Assembly (NCBI GenBank): GCA_963711565.1
Contig: CAVQEQ010000004.1
Location: forward strand, 1,312,001 to 1,376,000
Direction: 5' to 3'
Source of the DNA: an uncultured delta proteobacterium
Lineage (GTDB): Bacteria > Desulfobacterota > Binatia > Binatales > Binataceae
Length of the DNA: 64,000 bases
Under the pieces are notes generated by a model, which searched no databases, was not told the DNA's origin, and saw only the letters and a program-made list of their open reading frames with translations. A program made the position numbers and the translations under genes. Shown in pieces: positions 1 to 11,623 of this stretch; the stretch's first letter is position 1, and each line of letters opens with the position of its first letter.

Positions 1-819
1 TCGCTACATGAAGAGGATCGCGCGCTGTCATGCGAGGGAGCGCTGAACGCCGGCGTCGTGTCGAAGCATCTGGGCGTCAGCGGCTACACTGATTCTGCGG
101 AATCGCGACGCGTCCGTCGCGATCTTGCGCTGGCGATCGGCTCAGGCGCGGCGGTTCATATAGCCCACGTGTCCACGGCCGAGTCTCTCGATCTTATCCG
201 CGCCGCTCGCCGGCATTGCGCGAAAGTCACGTGTGAAGTCACTCCCCATCATTTCACCTTGGACGAAAGCGCCGCGCTGACCTGGGGTCCGAACGCGAAG
301 ATGAACCCTCCGCTGCGCAATCGCGACGATGTGGAAGCGCTCCACGCGGCGATTGCCGACGGCACTATCGACATGATCGCGACCGACCACGCACCGCACG
401 ATCCGAGGTCGAAGCGGATGGAGCAGTTGGGCGTTTTCTTCGGTCCCGGGCATCCGGCTCAGCATCTTGACCACGACAACGCGGAGGAATTCGCGCATGC
501 GGCGAACGGAGTCGTCGGGCTCGAAACCGCGCTCGGCCTCGGGCTTCAGTTGGTGCATCGATCGTTGATACAACCCGCGCGATTGGTTGAGATGATGTCG
601 CTGAATCCGGCGGCTTTACTGCGGTTGGAGGCGGGGACACTTGCGGAGGAAGGGATCGCGGACATCACGGTGATCGATCCGAATCTCGAATGGACTGTCG
701 CGCCGGAAAAGTTTCTCTCGAAGAGCCGCAACACTCCGTTCGCAGGGATGCGACTGAAGGGCAGGGCGGTCATGACTATTGTCGGCGGCGAAATCGTTTA
801 TGACGGGAGGAAGCCGTGA
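1..819 (+). CDS. pyrC: Dihydroorotase (5' end outside window)
   Basis: [37 protein letters not shown] motifs; upstream of carA/carB. Confidence 0.93.
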   Translation, partial: SLHEEDRALSCEGALNAGVVSKHLGVSGYTDSAESRRVRRDLALAIGSGAAVHIAHVSTAESLDLIRAARRHCAKVTCEVTPHHFTLDESAALTWGPNAKMNPPLRNRDDVEALHAAIADGTIDMIATDHAPHDPRSKRMEQLGVFFGPGHPAQHLDHDNAEEFAHAANGVVGLETALGLGLQLVHRSLIQPARLVEMMSLNPAALLRLEAGTLAEEGIADITVIDPNLEWTVAPEKFLSKSRNTPFAGMRLKGRAVMTIVGGEIVYDGRKP

Positions 820-826
820 CGGATCG

Positions 827-2032
827 ATGAGCAAGGGACGCGAAGCGATACTGGCGCTGGCCGACGGGCGAGTCTTCCACGGCCGCGCATTCGGCGCGGT
901 CGGCGAGGCCGTCGGCGAAGCGGTCTTCAACACCGCGATGACCGGCTACCAGGAAGTTCTGACCGATCCGTCGTATAAGGGCCAACTGGTCTGCATGACC
1001 TATCCCGAAATCGGAAACGTCGGCATCAACGCGGAAGATGCGGAGTCGCGCCGCGTGTACGTCGAGGGTTTCATCGTCAAGGAATATTGGGAACGGCCGT
1101 CGAACTGGCGCTCGGAGATGCCGCTGGGAAAGTATCTCGACGAGGCGGGCGTCGTGGGCATCGAAGGTATCGACACGCGCGCGCTGGTACGCCATCTGCG
1201 GACGCGCGGCGCGCAGGAGGCGGTGATATCGAGCGTCGATCTCGATGCTGACTCGCTGGTGCGCAAGGCCAAAGCGTCGCCCGGATTGGTCGGCCGCGAC
1301 CTCGTGAAAGAGGTTACCTCGGCCGAGCCTTACGATTGGGATTTCGGCGATTGGAAACTGGGAAGCGGCCATGCCCGCGTCAACCACGACGCAAGGCGCG
1401 ATGCGCCGACGATCGTCGCGCTCGATTACGGAATCAAGTTGAACATTCTGCGGCGGCTGGTCGCGACCGGATTTCGAGTGAAAGTTTTGCCGGCGGCTTC
1501 AACCGCGGAGCAGATACTCGCAGACAACCCCGACGGAGTTTTCCTGTCGAACGGACCCGGCGATCCTGCCGCGCTGCCGTACGCTTACAGAGCCATCGCG
1601 GGCGTTTTGGGCAAGAAGCCGGTGTTCGGCATTTGTTTGGGGCATCAGCTGTTGGGGCTGGCGCTTGGCGGCAAGACTTACAAACTCGATTTCGGACATC
1701 ATGGCGCAAATCACCCGGTGATGGACTTACGCACGCGGCGCGTCGAGATCACGTCGCAGAACCATGGCTTCGCGGTCAATGACGAGTCGTTGAAGGGGCG
1801 CGCGATTCTTTCGCATCTCAACCTGAACGACAACACCGTCGAGGGTTTGCAGGGAACCGGTGTGCCGTTTTTTTCCGTGCAGTACCATCCGGAGGCATCG
1901 CCGGGGCCGCATGATTCGAGCTATCTGTTTGCGAGATTTCGAAAACTGGTGGAAACGTTCCCACACTATGGCGCGGAGGCGCTCGAGCGAATCATTGCGG
2001 CCGAGGCCTCCGCGAAAGCGCAAATCTTGTGA
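827..2032 (+). CDS. carA: Carbamoyl-phosphate synthase small subunit
   Basis: [37 protein letters not shown]; ATG at 827 just after the pyrC stop. Confidence 0.97.
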   Translation: MSKGREAILALADGRVFHGRAFGAVGEAVGEAVFNTAMTGYQEVLTDPSYKGQLVCMTYPEIGNVGINAEDAESRRVYVEGFIVKEYWERPSNWRSEMPLGKYLDEAGVVGIEGIDTRALVRHLRTRGAQEAVISSVDLDADSLVRKAKASPGLVGRDLVKEVTSAEPYDWDFGDWKLGSGHARVNHDARRDAPTIVALDYGIKLNILRRLVATGFRVKVLPAASTAEQILADNPDGVFLSNGPGDPAALPYAYRAIAGVLGKKPVFGICLGHQLLGLALGGKTYKLDFGHHGANHPVMDLRTRRVEITSQNHGFAVNDESLKGRAILSHLNLNDNTVEGLQGTGVPFFSVQYHPEASPGPHDSSYLFARFRKLVETFPHYGAEALERIIAAEASAKAQIL

Positions 2033-2047
2033 CTCAGGACTTTCAAC

Positions 2048-5000
2048 TTGCCGCTTCGTAAAGATCTGAAATCGGTTTTGTTGATCGGCTCGGGACCGAT
2101 CGTTATCGGGCAGGCGTGCGAGTTCGATTACTCGGGCACGCAGGCGGTCAAGGCGCTGCGCGAGGAGGGGTTGAAGCTGATCCTCGTCAACTCGAATCCC
2201 GCGACGATCATGACCGATCCTGAGCTGGCGGATCGCACATACATCGAACCGATGACGCTTGAGGTGCTCACCAAGATCATCGAGCGCGAGCGTCCCGACG
2301 CTCTGCTGCCGACGGTAGGCGGGCAGACCGCGCTTAACCTCGCGATCGAGCTGGCGGAGGCCGGCGTACTGGATCGATTCAAGTGCGAACTCATCGGCGC
2401 CAAGCTCGAAGCGATCAAGAAGGCCGAGGATCGCGAGCTGTTCAAGAATGCGATGCTGAAAATCGGGCTCGAGGTACCGCGATCGTCGATCGCGCGTTCG
2501 ATGGAGGATGCGGAACGAGTGCTCGGCGAACTGGGCTTGCCCGTGATCATTCGGCCGTCGCGAACGCTCGGCGGGACGGGCGGCTCGATCGCGCGCGAAC
2601 TGGGCGATTACCGCGCCAAGGTAGCGTACGGCCTCGAACAATCGCCGAACCACGAAGTGCTGATCGAGCAATCGGTCGAGGGATGGAAGGAATTCGAGCT
2701 CGAGGTGATGCGCGACACCGCTGACAATGTTGTGATCATCTGCTCGATCGAAAATCTGGATCCGATGGGCGTGCATACCGGCGATTCGATCACGGTCGCG
2801 CCCGCGCAGACGCTGACCGACAAGGAATACCAGCTGATGCGCGACGCCGCGATTCGGATCATCCGCGAGATTGGCGTCGACACGGGCGGCTCGAACATCC
2901 AGTTCGCAATCGATCCGGCGACGGGACGGATGGTCGTGATCGAGATGAATCCGCGCGTGTCGCGAAGCTCCGCGCTGGCGTCGAAGGCGACCGGATTTCC
3001 GATCGCCAAGATCGCGGCGCGGCTTGCCGTCGGCTACCGGCTCGATGAGATTCCCAACGACATCACGCGCATGACGCCGTCCTGCTTCGAGCCAACGATT
3101 GACTACGTGGTGACCAAAATTCCGCGTTTTACGTTCGAGAAGTTCCGCGGCGCGGCCGACGAGCTGGGGCCGCAAATGAAGTCGGTGGGCGAGGCGATGG
3201 CGATTGGGCGGACCTTCAAGGAGTCGCTGCAAAAGGCGCTGCGCTCGCTCGAGATAGGCTCACACGGCCTCGAGAGCGGGTTCTCAGAGCCACCTAGCGC
3301 TCATGCGCTCGCGGAAATACGCCGGCAGGTCGCGATGCCGAGCAGCCATCGCCTCTATCATCTGGCGGATGCGCTCCGGCTCGGCATTACACGGGCGGAA
3401 GTTTACGAGCTGAGCAAAATTGATCCGTGGTTTATCGACGCGGTCGCGGAGCTGGTTGCGGAGGAGGAGCGCGTCGCGCGCGAGCCGCTCGGCGCGGCGT
3501 ACTTTAGCGAGTTCAAGGCGATGGGATTTTCCGATCGGCGAATCGCTGATTTACGAGGGATCGATGAAGGGGCGGTGGCATCAGCGCGACGCGACGCTGG
3601 AGTGACGCCGGTTTTCAAATCGGTGGACACTTGCGGCGCCGAATTCGAAGCGTTCACGCCTTATCTCTACTCGACCTACGAAGGCGAGGACGAGGCGCCG
3701 CCAACTGCGCGCAAGAAAGTGATCATCCTGGGCGGCGGCCCTAACCGGATTGGGCAGGGGATCGAATTCGACTACTGCTGCGTACACGCGAGCATGGCGC
3801 TCAAAGACGCCGGTTTCGAAACGATCATGGTGAATTGCAACCCCGAGACCGTGTTGACCGATTACGACATCTCGGATCGATTGTACTTCGAGCCGCTGAC
3901 GTTTGAGGACGTGATGGCGATTGCGGAGCGTGAGCGGCCGGTCGGCGTGATTGTGCAATTCGGCGGTCAGACGCCGCTCAAGCTTGCGGTGCCGCTGGCG
4001 CGCGCGGGCGTGCCTATTCTGGGGACGACGCCCGATGCGATCGATCGTGCGGAAGATCGCGAGCGATTCAACGCGATGGTCACCAAGCTCGGCTTGCGAC
4101 AGCCGGAGGGAGTGCTGGCGCGCGGGCTCGAGGATGCTGTTGCGGGCGCGTCGAAAGTCGGCTATCCGGTGCTGATTCGGCCGTCGTATGTGCTCGGCGG
4201 CCGCGCGATGGAAGTGATCCCGAACGAAGAAGAGCTACGTCGATACGTGACGCAGGCTCTGCAAGCCTCCGAGCGCCATCCACTGCTGATCGATCGCTAC
4301 CTGCAGGGCGCAATCGAAGTGGATGTCAACGCGATTTCCGACGGCGAGCTTGTCGTCGTCGGCGGAATAATGGAGCACGTCGAGCACGCGGGAATACATT
4401 CGGGGGACAGTGCGTGCGCGCTTCCGCCGACGACGCTGAGCGGCGCGTTGCAGCAGGAACTCATCAGGCAGACGAAGCTGCTGGCGCGCGAACTCGGCGT
4501 GATCGGGCTGATTAATATTCAATACGCGATCTACGGCGGCGAGGTTTATATCCTCGAAGTGAATCCGCGCGCGTCGCGCACGATCCCGTTCGTCAGCAAG
4601 GCGATCGGCGTTCCGCTGGCGAAGCATGCCGCGCTCGTGATGGCCGGGAAGAAGCTCAGCGAGATCGGTTTCACCTCCGAGCGCGTGCCGTCTCACGTCG
4701 CGGTCAAGGAGTCGGTGTTTCCGTTCGGACGCTTCCCGGGCGTCGACACCATCCTTGGCCCCGAGATGAAATCGACCGGCGAGGTGATGGGAATCGACAC
4801 CACGTTCGCGATGGCGTTTGCGAAGGCGGAGCTGGCGGCGTCGTCGAATCTGCCCGACGCGGGTCTTGTGTTTATTAGCGTCCGCGACGAGGACAAGCCC
4901 TCTCTCGAGCCGATTGCGCGCGGGCTGGTTGCGATGGGATTCGATTTGATCGCGACGCGCGGAACTGCGACCCATATTCGAAAACTCGGGCTCAACTGCG

Positions 5001-5254
5001 ATAGCGTCAACAAGGTGCTCGAAGGCAGCCCGCATATCGTGGATGCGATGAAGGCCGGGCGGGTCGCGATGGTTGTCAACACTCCCGACGCGAGCGGCAC
5101 GAAAGACTCGTTCTCGATTCGGCGCACCGCGCTGGAAATGCGGCTGCCATATTTCACTACGATGGCGGGCGCAAAGGCTGCGGTCGAGGGGATCTACGCG
5201 CTGAAGCACGAAAGGTTCGAGGTGCGCGCACTGCAGGACTATCACCAAGGGTAA
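2048..5254 (+). CDS. carB: Carbamoyl-phosphate synthase large subunit
   Basis: [18 protein letters not shown], two ATP-grasp halves, C-terminal MGS domain; 1068 aa. Confidence 0.98.
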   Translation: MPLRKDLKSVLLIGSGPIVIGQACEFDYSGTQAVKALREEGLKLILVNSNPATIMTDPELADRTYIEPMTLEVLTKIIERERPDALLPTVGGQTALNLAIELAEAGVLDRFKCELIGAKLEAIKKAEDRELFKNAMLKIGLEVPRSSIARSMEDAERVLGELGLPVIIRPSRTLGGTGGSIARELGDYRAKVAYGLEQSPNHEVLIEQSVEGWKEFELEVMRDTADNVVIICSIENLDPMGVHTGDSITVAPAQTLTDKEYQLMRDAAIRIIREIGVDTGGSNIQFAIDPATGRMVVIEMNPRVSRSSALASKATGFPIAKIAARLAVGYRLDEIPNDITRMTPSCFEPTIDYVVTKIPRFTFEKFRGAADELGPQMKSVGEAMAIGRTFKESLQKALRSLEIGSHGLESGFSEPPSAHALAEIRRQVAMPSSHRLYHLADALRLGITRAEVYELSKIDPWFIDAVAELVAEEERVAREPLGAAYFSEFKAMGFSDRRIADLRGIDEGAVASARRDAGVTPVFKSVDTCGAEFEAFTPYLYSTYEGEDEAPPTARKKVIILGGGPNRIGQGIEFDYCCVHASMALKDAGFETIMVNCNPETVLTDYDISDRLYFEPLTFEDVMAIAERERPVGVIVQFGGQTPLKLAVPLARAGVPILGTTPDAIDRAEDRERFNAMVTKLGLRQPEGVLARGLEDAVAGASKVGYPVLIRPSYVLGGRAMEVIPNEEELRRYVTQALQASERHPLLIDRYLQGAIEVDVNAISDGELVVVGGIMEHVEHAGIHSGDSACALPPTTLSGALQQELIRQTKLLARELGVIGLINIQYAIYGGEVYILEVNPRASRTIPFVSKAIGVPLAKHAALVMAGKKLSEIGFTSERVPSHVAVKESVFPFGRFPGVDTILGPEMKSTGEVMGIDTTFAMAFAKAELAASSNLPDAGLVFISVRDEDKPSLEPIARGLVAMGFDLIATRGTATHIRKLGLNCDSVNKVLEGSPHIVDAMKAGRVAMVVNTPDASGTKDSFSIRRTALEMRLPYFTTMAGAKAAVEGIYALKHERFEVRALQDYHQG

Positions 5255-5292
5255 GGACGCAAAAAATCACTCTATCAAGCCCGGTCGGCGCG

Positions 5293-7344
5293 ATGCCCGG
5301 AATCGGCCCCAAGCGCGCGGCCGCTCTGGAAGCGCGCGGGATCGTTTCTGCCGGCGACCTCATTTTTTGTTTGCCGGTACGCTACCAGGACTGGCGCGAG
5401 CGCTCGTCCGCAACAGATCTGCGCCCAGGGAATATCGTCGTTGTCGAAGGAGAGCTCGGGAACATTTCCGAGCGGCCGATGCGCGGCTCGCGATGGCGGC
5501 GCCTTGCTTCGGGATGGCTAAATGTTGGCGGGCGGCAAATACGCGTTGTTTGGTTCAATCTGCCTGCTTACATGCGCGGATATCTGCCGGGCGGTGAGCG
5601 CGTTTTGGTTCGGGGCCGTGTCGCTGCGGGAACGGACGGGGGAATCGAGATCTTGCAGCCCGAGTTGCATCGGCTCTCTGAGGGCGAGCCGAAAGCGATC
5701 CGGCCGGTTTATCGCTTGCCTTCTATTGTCGGCCAGCGGCTGTTCGCCAGCCTGGTGGCGCGTGCGCTGGTCGAGGCGGGCGATTCGATTCGAGGATCGA
5801 TTCCCGACGAAGTCCGCGGCGACTTAACTTCCGTTCGCGAGGCGCTGAGTTACCTTCACGATCCGCCGCCCGATGCCGACTTCGACGCTCTGGCCAACTG
5901 CGACTCGCGCGGTCATCAGGCGCTCGCGTTCGATGAACTGTTTGCCTTCGAGCTGGCGCTCTCGATCGAACGTCTCCGTAGCGCACGCCGAGTTGGAATC
6001 GCCCTCGATGGCTCGCAGAGCCTTGGCGCGAAGATGCTCGAGGGACTGCCGTTCACCTTGACCGGATCGCAGTCGCGCGCGATCGAGGAAATCTCCTCCG
6101 ACCTTGCGCGGCCGAACCAGATGAACCGCATGCTGATGGGCGACGTTGGCAGCGGCAAGACGCTGGTCGCGTTCTGGGCGATGATTCGCGCGATCGAATG
6201 CGGGCATCAGGCTGCCATGATGACGCCGACCGAACTGCTCGCCGAGCAGCATTGGCGCGGATTCGCGCTCATGTGCGGACGGCTGGGAGTAAGGCACGCG
6301 CTGCTCACCGGGAGCGTGACGGGTGCGGCGCGCGATCAGACTTTGCGCGGGCTTGCGAGCGGTGAAATCCAGGCGGTGTTCGGAACGCATGCGCTGATCC
6401 AGGAGCGCGTGCGAATGCGCGGACTCGCGCTCGGCGTGATCGACGAGCAGCATCGCTTCGGCGTTTTCGATCGCGCGAAGATGAAAGCATTGGGGCCGAA
6501 AGCGAATCTGCTGATGATGACGGCAACGCCGATTCCGCGAAGCCTGGCGATGAGCCTGTTCGCGAATCTCGACGTATCGTTTCTCGACGAGTTGCCGGTC
6601 GGACGCACGCCGATCGCGACCGATATTTACACTGAGGACGATATCACGCAGGTGCATGAAGGTTTGCGTGCAGAGATCGACGGGGGAGGGCGCGCGTACT
6701 ACGTCGTGCCGTTTATCGAGGGCGATGAGGACGAGGCCAAGTCGGTGTCGGCCACGGCGGCGCGCCTCAAGAAGGGGGCGGTCCGCGGCGCGAGAATCGG
6801 CACGATGCACGGCAGGATGAGCGCTGCGGAAAAGGATCGCGCGATGCGCGAATTTCGCGACGGCGCGCTCGACGTGCTGGTCTGCACGACAGTGGTGGAA
6901 GTGGGAATCGACGTGCCTGAGGCTACGATAATCGTGGTAGTCGCGGCCGAGCGGTACGGCCTCGCGCAGTTGCATCAGCTGCGCGGCAGAGTCGGGCGCG
7001 GCGAGAAGGTGTCGCGCTGCTGCATAGTGGCGTCGAACGACGCCGATGAAGCCGCGATGGAACGCCTTGAGGTAATGCGCGAATGCACGACAGGCACAGC
7101 GGTCGCGGAGGCCGACTTGCGCCTGCGCGGCCCGGGCGATTTGCTCGGCGCGCGCCAGACCGGGGCGCTGCAGTTGAAGTTTGTGCATCTGATTCGCGAC
7201 CATCGCATGATTGAGCGCGCACGCAAGCTGGCCGACGAGTGGATCGCGCGTGATCCGTCGTTGTCGAGCCGCGAATCGGAGGGTGCGCGCGCGGCAGTTA
7301 GAAAAATGCTGGCGCTCGGGTTCAGTCTAGGCGATGTGGGCTAG
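5293..7344 (+). CDS. recG: ATP-dependent DNA helicase RecG
   Basis: GDVGSGKT, DEQHRFG, TATPIPR, QLHQLRGRVGRG, DLRLRGPGD. Confidence 0.96.
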   Translation: MPGIGPKRAAALEARGIVSAGDLIFCLPVRYQDWRERSSATDLRPGNIVVVEGELGNISERPMRGSRWRRLASGWLNVGGRQIRVVWFNLPAYMRGYLPGGERVLVRGRVAAGTDGGIEILQPELHRLSEGEPKAIRPVYRLPSIVGQRLFASLVARALVEAGDSIRGSIPDEVRGDLTSVREALSYLHDPPPDADFDALANCDSRGHQALAFDELFAFELALSIERLRSARRVGIALDGSQSLGAKMLEGLPFTLTGSQSRAIEEISSDLARPNQMNRMLMGDVGSGKTLVAFWAMIRAIECGHQAAMMTPTELLAEQHWRGFALMCGRLGVRHALLTGSVTGAARDQTLRGLASGEIQAVFGTHALIQERVRMRGLALGVIDEQHRFGVFDRAKMKALGPKANLLMMTATPIPRSLAMSLFANLDVSFLDELPVGRTPIATDIYTEDDITQVHEGLRAEIDGGGRAYYVVPFIEGDEDEAKSVSATAARLKKGAVRGARIGTMHGRMSAAEKDRAMREFRDGALDVLVCTTVVEVGIDVPEATIIVVVAAERYGLAQLHQLRGRVGRGEKVSRCCIVASNDADEAAMERLEVMRECTTGTAVAEADLRLRGPGDLLGARQTGALQLKFVHLIRDHRMIERARKLADEWIARDPSLSSRESEGARAAVRKMLALGFSLGDVG

Positions 7345-7353
7345 AGCGGTGGG

Positions 7354-8691
7354 CTATTGGAGCAGTGAGCTGGCGGACGGCTCGAAGCGCGCGGCGACGC
7401 CGCCGGTTTCGATCGCGCTCGCGTTCCAGATCGCGGGTGCCAGGCTATCGAAATAGTCCGCGCCCTCGCCGATCACGACCAGGACCGCGTTCGAGCGGAC
7501 GTCGATGCGATGCGGAGTAGAGTCTCCAAGCAGTCGATCGAGCAGGGTCTGATAGACGACGGCGAAATGGCTGGCGGTATGCGCGTCGCTGAACGCGAGC
7601 ATCCAGATGACGTTCACGCCGCGGCTTTGCTCCAGGATGATCATGCGGTCGGCGATCCATCGCGCGGCGAGTCCGACCTCGCTGGACTGCTTGCCGAGAT
7701 TGCGCTCGAGAATCACGCGGATGAGCAACTCGCCGTACGTATCGTCGTCCGCTTTTTTCCATCCGCTCATGATTCCGTCGTAGCCGGCCAGTTCGATTCG
7801 CGGCGCCGGCGCGTTGCCGTCGAAATAGAGCTCGGGATGCAGAATCTGGTGACTGGACTGCGGCGGATTGCGATAGAGCGCGTCGACGGCCGTCCATCCA
7901 CCACGCCGATAAGCCTCGGCGACGAAGCGGACTCCTTCGGAATACTGGAACAGCAGCGGAACGCTGAGGCCCTCGGGCGTGTGGGGCGCTTCGGCTGCCA
8001 GAGCCTGCGGGAGCTGTTTGAGACTATTCGTGAGCGAGTCCGCCGTGCTGTCATCCATGCGCCCGACGGCGTAGGCGAAACCCGCGATGGTCGCGTCGCC
8101 CTCTGCCACCGACTTGAGCGCGAGCGCCCGATCGTCGTTGTCCTTCACCTTGTCGAGGCTCGATTCGAGATCGAAATTCTGGTCCTGGAGGGCGTGCGTC
8201 AGCTCATGCGCCAGCAGCATCTCGCCGACCACGTCGCGCTGGATCATGAACTGCGCGGCGCTGTTCCAGGCCCCGACATCAGCGCCGCCCTCGACCAGCA
8301 CCATTTCTTTGCCATGAAGATCGTAGAAGCCCGCGACCTGGCTTTTGAGCAGCTTGAGCGACGCGGCCTTGAGATCCAGCCCCGCCGGATAGAGACCGGT
8401 GAGCGCGCCAGCTACCGAATCGGCCTCGAGCTGGTTGTCGGTGTAGTCGCGCATCATGTCGGCTTCCATCATCGATTCGGCTTCGTCGGGGGTTTTCACG
8501 ACGAGCGGAACCGGCTGCTTGAACCTAAGCTGGCGAAGAGCCTGGATACCAGCCTCGATATGCGCGGCCTCCTGCGAGTTGACCCGGTCGCCGCGGACCA
8601 GCGAGTAGGCGCATCCGCGCAGAAGTATCAGGGCGGCGATAGCGCATATTGGCCACCAGAGCCGTCGAGTGAAACTTTCCCCACTGGTCAT
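7354..8691 (-). CDS. Exported putative zinc metallopeptidase (gluzincin-like)
   Basis: N-terminal signal/lipoprotein-like segment, HELTH (HExxH) plus downstream EGDA; ATGA overlap with the rlpA stop. Confidence 0.7.
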   Translation of the reverse strand: MTSGESFTRRLWWPICAIAALILLRGCAYSLVRGDRVNSQEAAHIEAGIQALRQLRFKQPVPLVVKTPDEAESMMEADMMRDYTDNQLEADSVAGALTGLYPAGLDLKAASLKLLKSQVAGFYDLHGKEMVLVEGGADVGAWNSAAQFMIQRDVVGEMLLAHELTHALQDQNFDLESSLDKVKDNDDRALALKSVAEGDATIAGFAYAVGRMDDSTADSLTNSLKQLPQALAAEAPHTPEGLSVPLLFQYSEGVRFVAEAYRRGGWTAVDALYRNPPQSSHQILHPELYFDGNAPAPRIELAGYDGIMSGWKKADDDTYGELLIRVILERNLGKQSSEVGLAARWIADRMIILEQSRGVNVIWMLAFSDAHTASHFAVVYQTLLDRLLGDSTPHRIDVRSNAVLVVIGEGADYFDSLAPAIWNASAIETGGVAARFEPSASSLLQ

Positions 8692-9392
8692 TCGGTGATG
8701 ATTACGGCCGGAAATCCAAATCGGGCCGAGTCGGACGCGCGCGCCTCGGCTGCCGATCGAGTTGCAAACGCGCCCATCCGTACACGGTAATAGTGGCGAT
8801 GGTCAGCATCAAGCTGATCGATGTGAACGTCGGGGTAGTAGGCGGCCAATTTGCTGCGCAACTGCTCGGCGTTCTGTTGCTCGGAAAATGAACCGGCCTG
8901 GACGACGTAGCGCAGCGGCGCGCCGACCTCGCGAGTCCCGCGCGGCTTGCTGATGAGCGAGATGCGAACGTGCGCGGTGCCCTGGTCGAGCATTCCGATC
9001 ACCCGCGCCGCCTTGTGCGAGAGATCGATCTTGCGGCCCTTCTTGAACGGCCCGCGGTCTGTAATCGTCACCTCGACGGAACGGCCGTTGTCGAGATTCG
9101 TGACCATCACGCGGCTGCCCAGCGGAAATTCGATCGAGGCCGCAGTGAGGTCCTCCTGGTTGTAATACGAGCCGGCCGAGGTCTTGCGACCGTGGAATCC
9201 TGGCCCGTACCACGACGCCATCCCCACGACCGCGGGCGTCGGAGTTGCCCGCGGCACAGCAACCTCGGGAGGCGATGGCGGTGGCGGCGGAAGCTGGGCT
9301 GGTTGCGAGGTCGCGCAGGCGGCGAAAATCGCGCTCATAGCGATCGTCAAAGCGATCTGGCGCAGGTGGCCGCAGTTTGGAATGCGCGACAC
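8688..9392 (-). CDS. rlpA: Septal ring lytic transglycosylase RlpA family lipoprotein with SPOR domain
   Basis: Lipobox FAAC, GMASWYG..FHGRKT, DRGPF, IDLS, C-terminal SPOR (VQAGSF...YRVRMG); start uncertain (GTG 9392 or ATG 9338). Confidence 0.9.
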   Translation of the reverse strand: MSRIPNCGHLRQIALTIAMSAIFAACATSQPAQLPPPPPSPPEVAVPRATPTPAVVGMASWYGPGFHGRKTSAGSYYNQEDLTAASIEFPLGSRVMVTNLDNGRSVEVTITDRGPFKKGRKIDLSHKAARVIGMLDQGTAHVRISLISKPRGTREVGAPLRYVVQAGSFSEQQNAEQLRSKLAAYYPDVHIDQLDADHRHYYRVRMGAFATRSAAEARASDSARFGFPAVIITE

Positions 9393-9521
9393 GTCAAGCA
9401 ACCCAACACTTATTATAGGAATCCTCGAGTCGCGGCATAAGTCCGCATCGTGTGGAACGATGTCGAGTGAGACGCTTCGGGAGCCGTCGGCGGCGTGGTA
9501 GCATCTCGGCTGTTGAACGCA

Positions 9522-10682
9522 ATGCTGCGGACGAGGCAGGAGCTCGAGGAAATAGAGGCGCGCACGCTGGCGCCGTATGCGATGGCGTCGCGGGCCAGTC
9601 GCGGGCGCCGCTTTCCCGAGCCCGAGCATCCGATGCGTACAGTCTTCGCGCGCGATCGCGACCGCGTCATTCACTCGGCTGCGTTTCGGCGCCTCGAATA
9701 CAAAACCCAGGTCTTTGTAAATCACGAGGGCGATTACTACCGCACCCGCCTGACGCATACCCTCGAAGCCGCGCAGATCGCGCGCACTGTGGCGCGGGCG
9801 CTCGGCCTCAACGAGGAACTGGCGGAGGCGGTTGCACTCGCACACGACCTCGGGCATACCCCCTTCGGCCACGCCGGCGAGAAAGTGCTCAACGAGCTGA
9901 TGGCGCCGTACGGCGGCTTCGATCACAACGCGCAGAGCCTGCGGACGGTGGACTGGATCGAGATTCGCTATCCGAATTTTCGCGGACTCAATCTCAGCTT
10001 CGAGGTGCGCGAGGGAATCGTCAAACATTCGCACTTCCAGAATCGTCCGGCCGCGCAGGAATTCGACCCGAGCACCTATCCATGCCTCGAGGCTCAAATC
10101 GTCAACCTGGCCGACGAGATCGCGTACCTGGCGCACGACGTTGACGACGGCCTGAAGGCGCAGATGCTCTCGGTCGAGGAACTTAACGCGTCGTCCCTGT
10201 TCAGGGAGTCGGCGGCTGCGGCGCGAGACACGTCGCCGGCGGCCGAAATGCGCGTGCTTCGCTACCAGACCGTGATCAGGATGATCGACGCGATGTCAAC
10301 TGACTTGATGACCAACCTTGCAAGCGAACTGGACCGCAACAAGATTCGCAACGTCGAGGACGTGCGCAAGGCGGGCAGGGCACTCGTGTCCTTCGATTCC
10401 GCGATGGGTGCGAAGGTCGATGAAATCAAGCAAGTGATGCGCGATCGGCTGTATCGGCATTACCGGGTCAGCCGCATGACTGAGAAAGCGGGCAGGGTGC
10501 TGGCGGCCCTCTTCCAAACTTACATGACCGAGCCGCGCCAGATGCCGGAGCACGTAGTCGCGCGCGCCGAGAAATACGGCGAGCCGATTTCGCGGGCGGT
10601 CGCGGACTATATCGCTGGGATGACAGACCGCTTCGCACTGGACGAATATCGCAAACTTTTCGATCCCAATGAGCGCGTCTGA
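9522..10682 (+). CDS. dgt: Deoxyguanosinetriphosphate triphosphohydrolase-like HD protein
   Basis: RDRDRVIHSAAFRRL, RTRLTHTLE, AHDLGHTPFGHAGE, DYIAGMTDRFA. Confidence 0.93.
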   Translation: MLRTRQELEEIEARTLAPYAMASRASRGRRFPEPEHPMRTVFARDRDRVIHSAAFRRLEYKTQVFVNHEGDYYRTRLTHTLEAAQIARTVARALGLNEELAEAVALAHDLGHTPFGHAGEKVLNELMAPYGGFDHNAQSLRTVDWIEIRYPNFRGLNLSFEVREGIVKHSHFQNRPAAQEFDPSTYPCLEAQIVNLADEIAYLAHDVDDGLKAQMLSVEELNASSLFRESAAAARDTSPAAEMRVLRYQTVIRMIDAMSTDLMTNLASELDRNKIRNVEDVRKAGRALVSFDSAMGAKVDEIKQVMRDRLYRHYRVSRMTEKAGRVLAALFQTYMTEPRQMPEHVVARAEKYGEPISRAVADYIAGMTDRFALDEYRKLFDPNERV

Positions 10683-11310
10683 CAAGCCGTCGCCACCGAG
10701 GAAGACACGCGCGCGGCGCTCGCTCGTGATCCGGCGCGTCGATCACGTCGGCGATCCCGTGGGGCTCGCATTTCTCGAATCGCCGGAAACCAACGGCGAT
10801 GCGGTGCTCGAGCGGCTGGGCGAGTACCTCGGCGACAAGCTGAAGGTCGTCAAGGCGGAAGTCGCGCACGGCGAGATCACGGTCGAAGTCGAATCGCGCA
10901 GGTGGACCGAGGAGGGCGCTCGGATGGCCGCAGTCGCGCGCGAATTATACGAGAAGGGAGCCAAACGGTCGGCGCTGGCGATGTATCGCGACGCGCTCGA
11001 CCTGGACCCGCTCAACGCGGAAGCGATGTTGAGACTCGGCCTGGCATTTGCAGAGCAGGAGAAATTCGCGGATGCGCTCGCCGCCCTTAAGCGCGCGCGC
11101 GAGTTCGGCGCCGGCGGCGTCGATCTGCTGATCGCGATGGGCCGATGCGCGGCAGGATCGGATCGTAGCGCGAACGCCATCGCGTACTACGAAGAGGCGT
11201 TGACAATCGAACCGCGCAATTTCGTTGCGCGCCGGGCGTTGAGCTCGCTCGGGCGCAAGCCGCCGGCACCCAGCAAGCAATCAGGCGCTGTACGGAGCGG
11301 TCGCGATTAG
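10669..11310 (+). CDS. Tetratricopeptide repeat protein
   Basis: Repeated TPR helices (ALDLDPLNAEA, ALTIEPRN); overlaps the dgt stop. Confidence 0.75.
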   Translation: MSASDKPSPPRKTRARRSLVIRRVDHVGDPVGLAFLESPETNGDAVLERLGEYLGDKLKVVKAEVAHGEITVEVESRRWTEEGARMAAVARELYEKGAKRSALAMYRDALDLDPLNAEAMLRLGLAFAEQEKFADALAALKRAREFGAGGVDLLIAMGRCAAGSDRSANAIAYYEEALTIEPRNFVARRALSSLGRKPPAPSKQSGAVRSGRD

Positions 11311-11623
11311 CTAAAACTGTGCGGAATCGGCTGGCTGTATTTTTCTCGATTCACGCCGACCCAATCATTCTTGAAGCGAGGAACCTTGGAGCACTCAATG
11401 ATTTCAGGCCTTTTTAGATTTCGAGCCAGTACGGCTAGTGGGGATTAGGTGAATGTAGACACCCACCTGAAAAACCTTTAGATTCAAGCCGTGTTCTCAA
11501 GAAACCCAATGCGCCGGACCTCCTCGAATCGAGTCCGGACAGTAGTAGCGCATCTACTCGCCGTGCGCGAGGTGCGTTGTGAACGAACAGCGCTCCTACG
11601 GCGCTGGATGGGGGCTTGATCTG

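Noticed and set aside
9393-10136. Long N-terminal extension of rlpA in the ORF track
   Set aside because: Antisense to dgt; the lipoprotein signal places the true start near 9338-9392
9522-10682. dGTPase as an antiphage system
   Set aside because: Short housekeeping-type Dgt in core context with host-like composition, outside the IS boundaries
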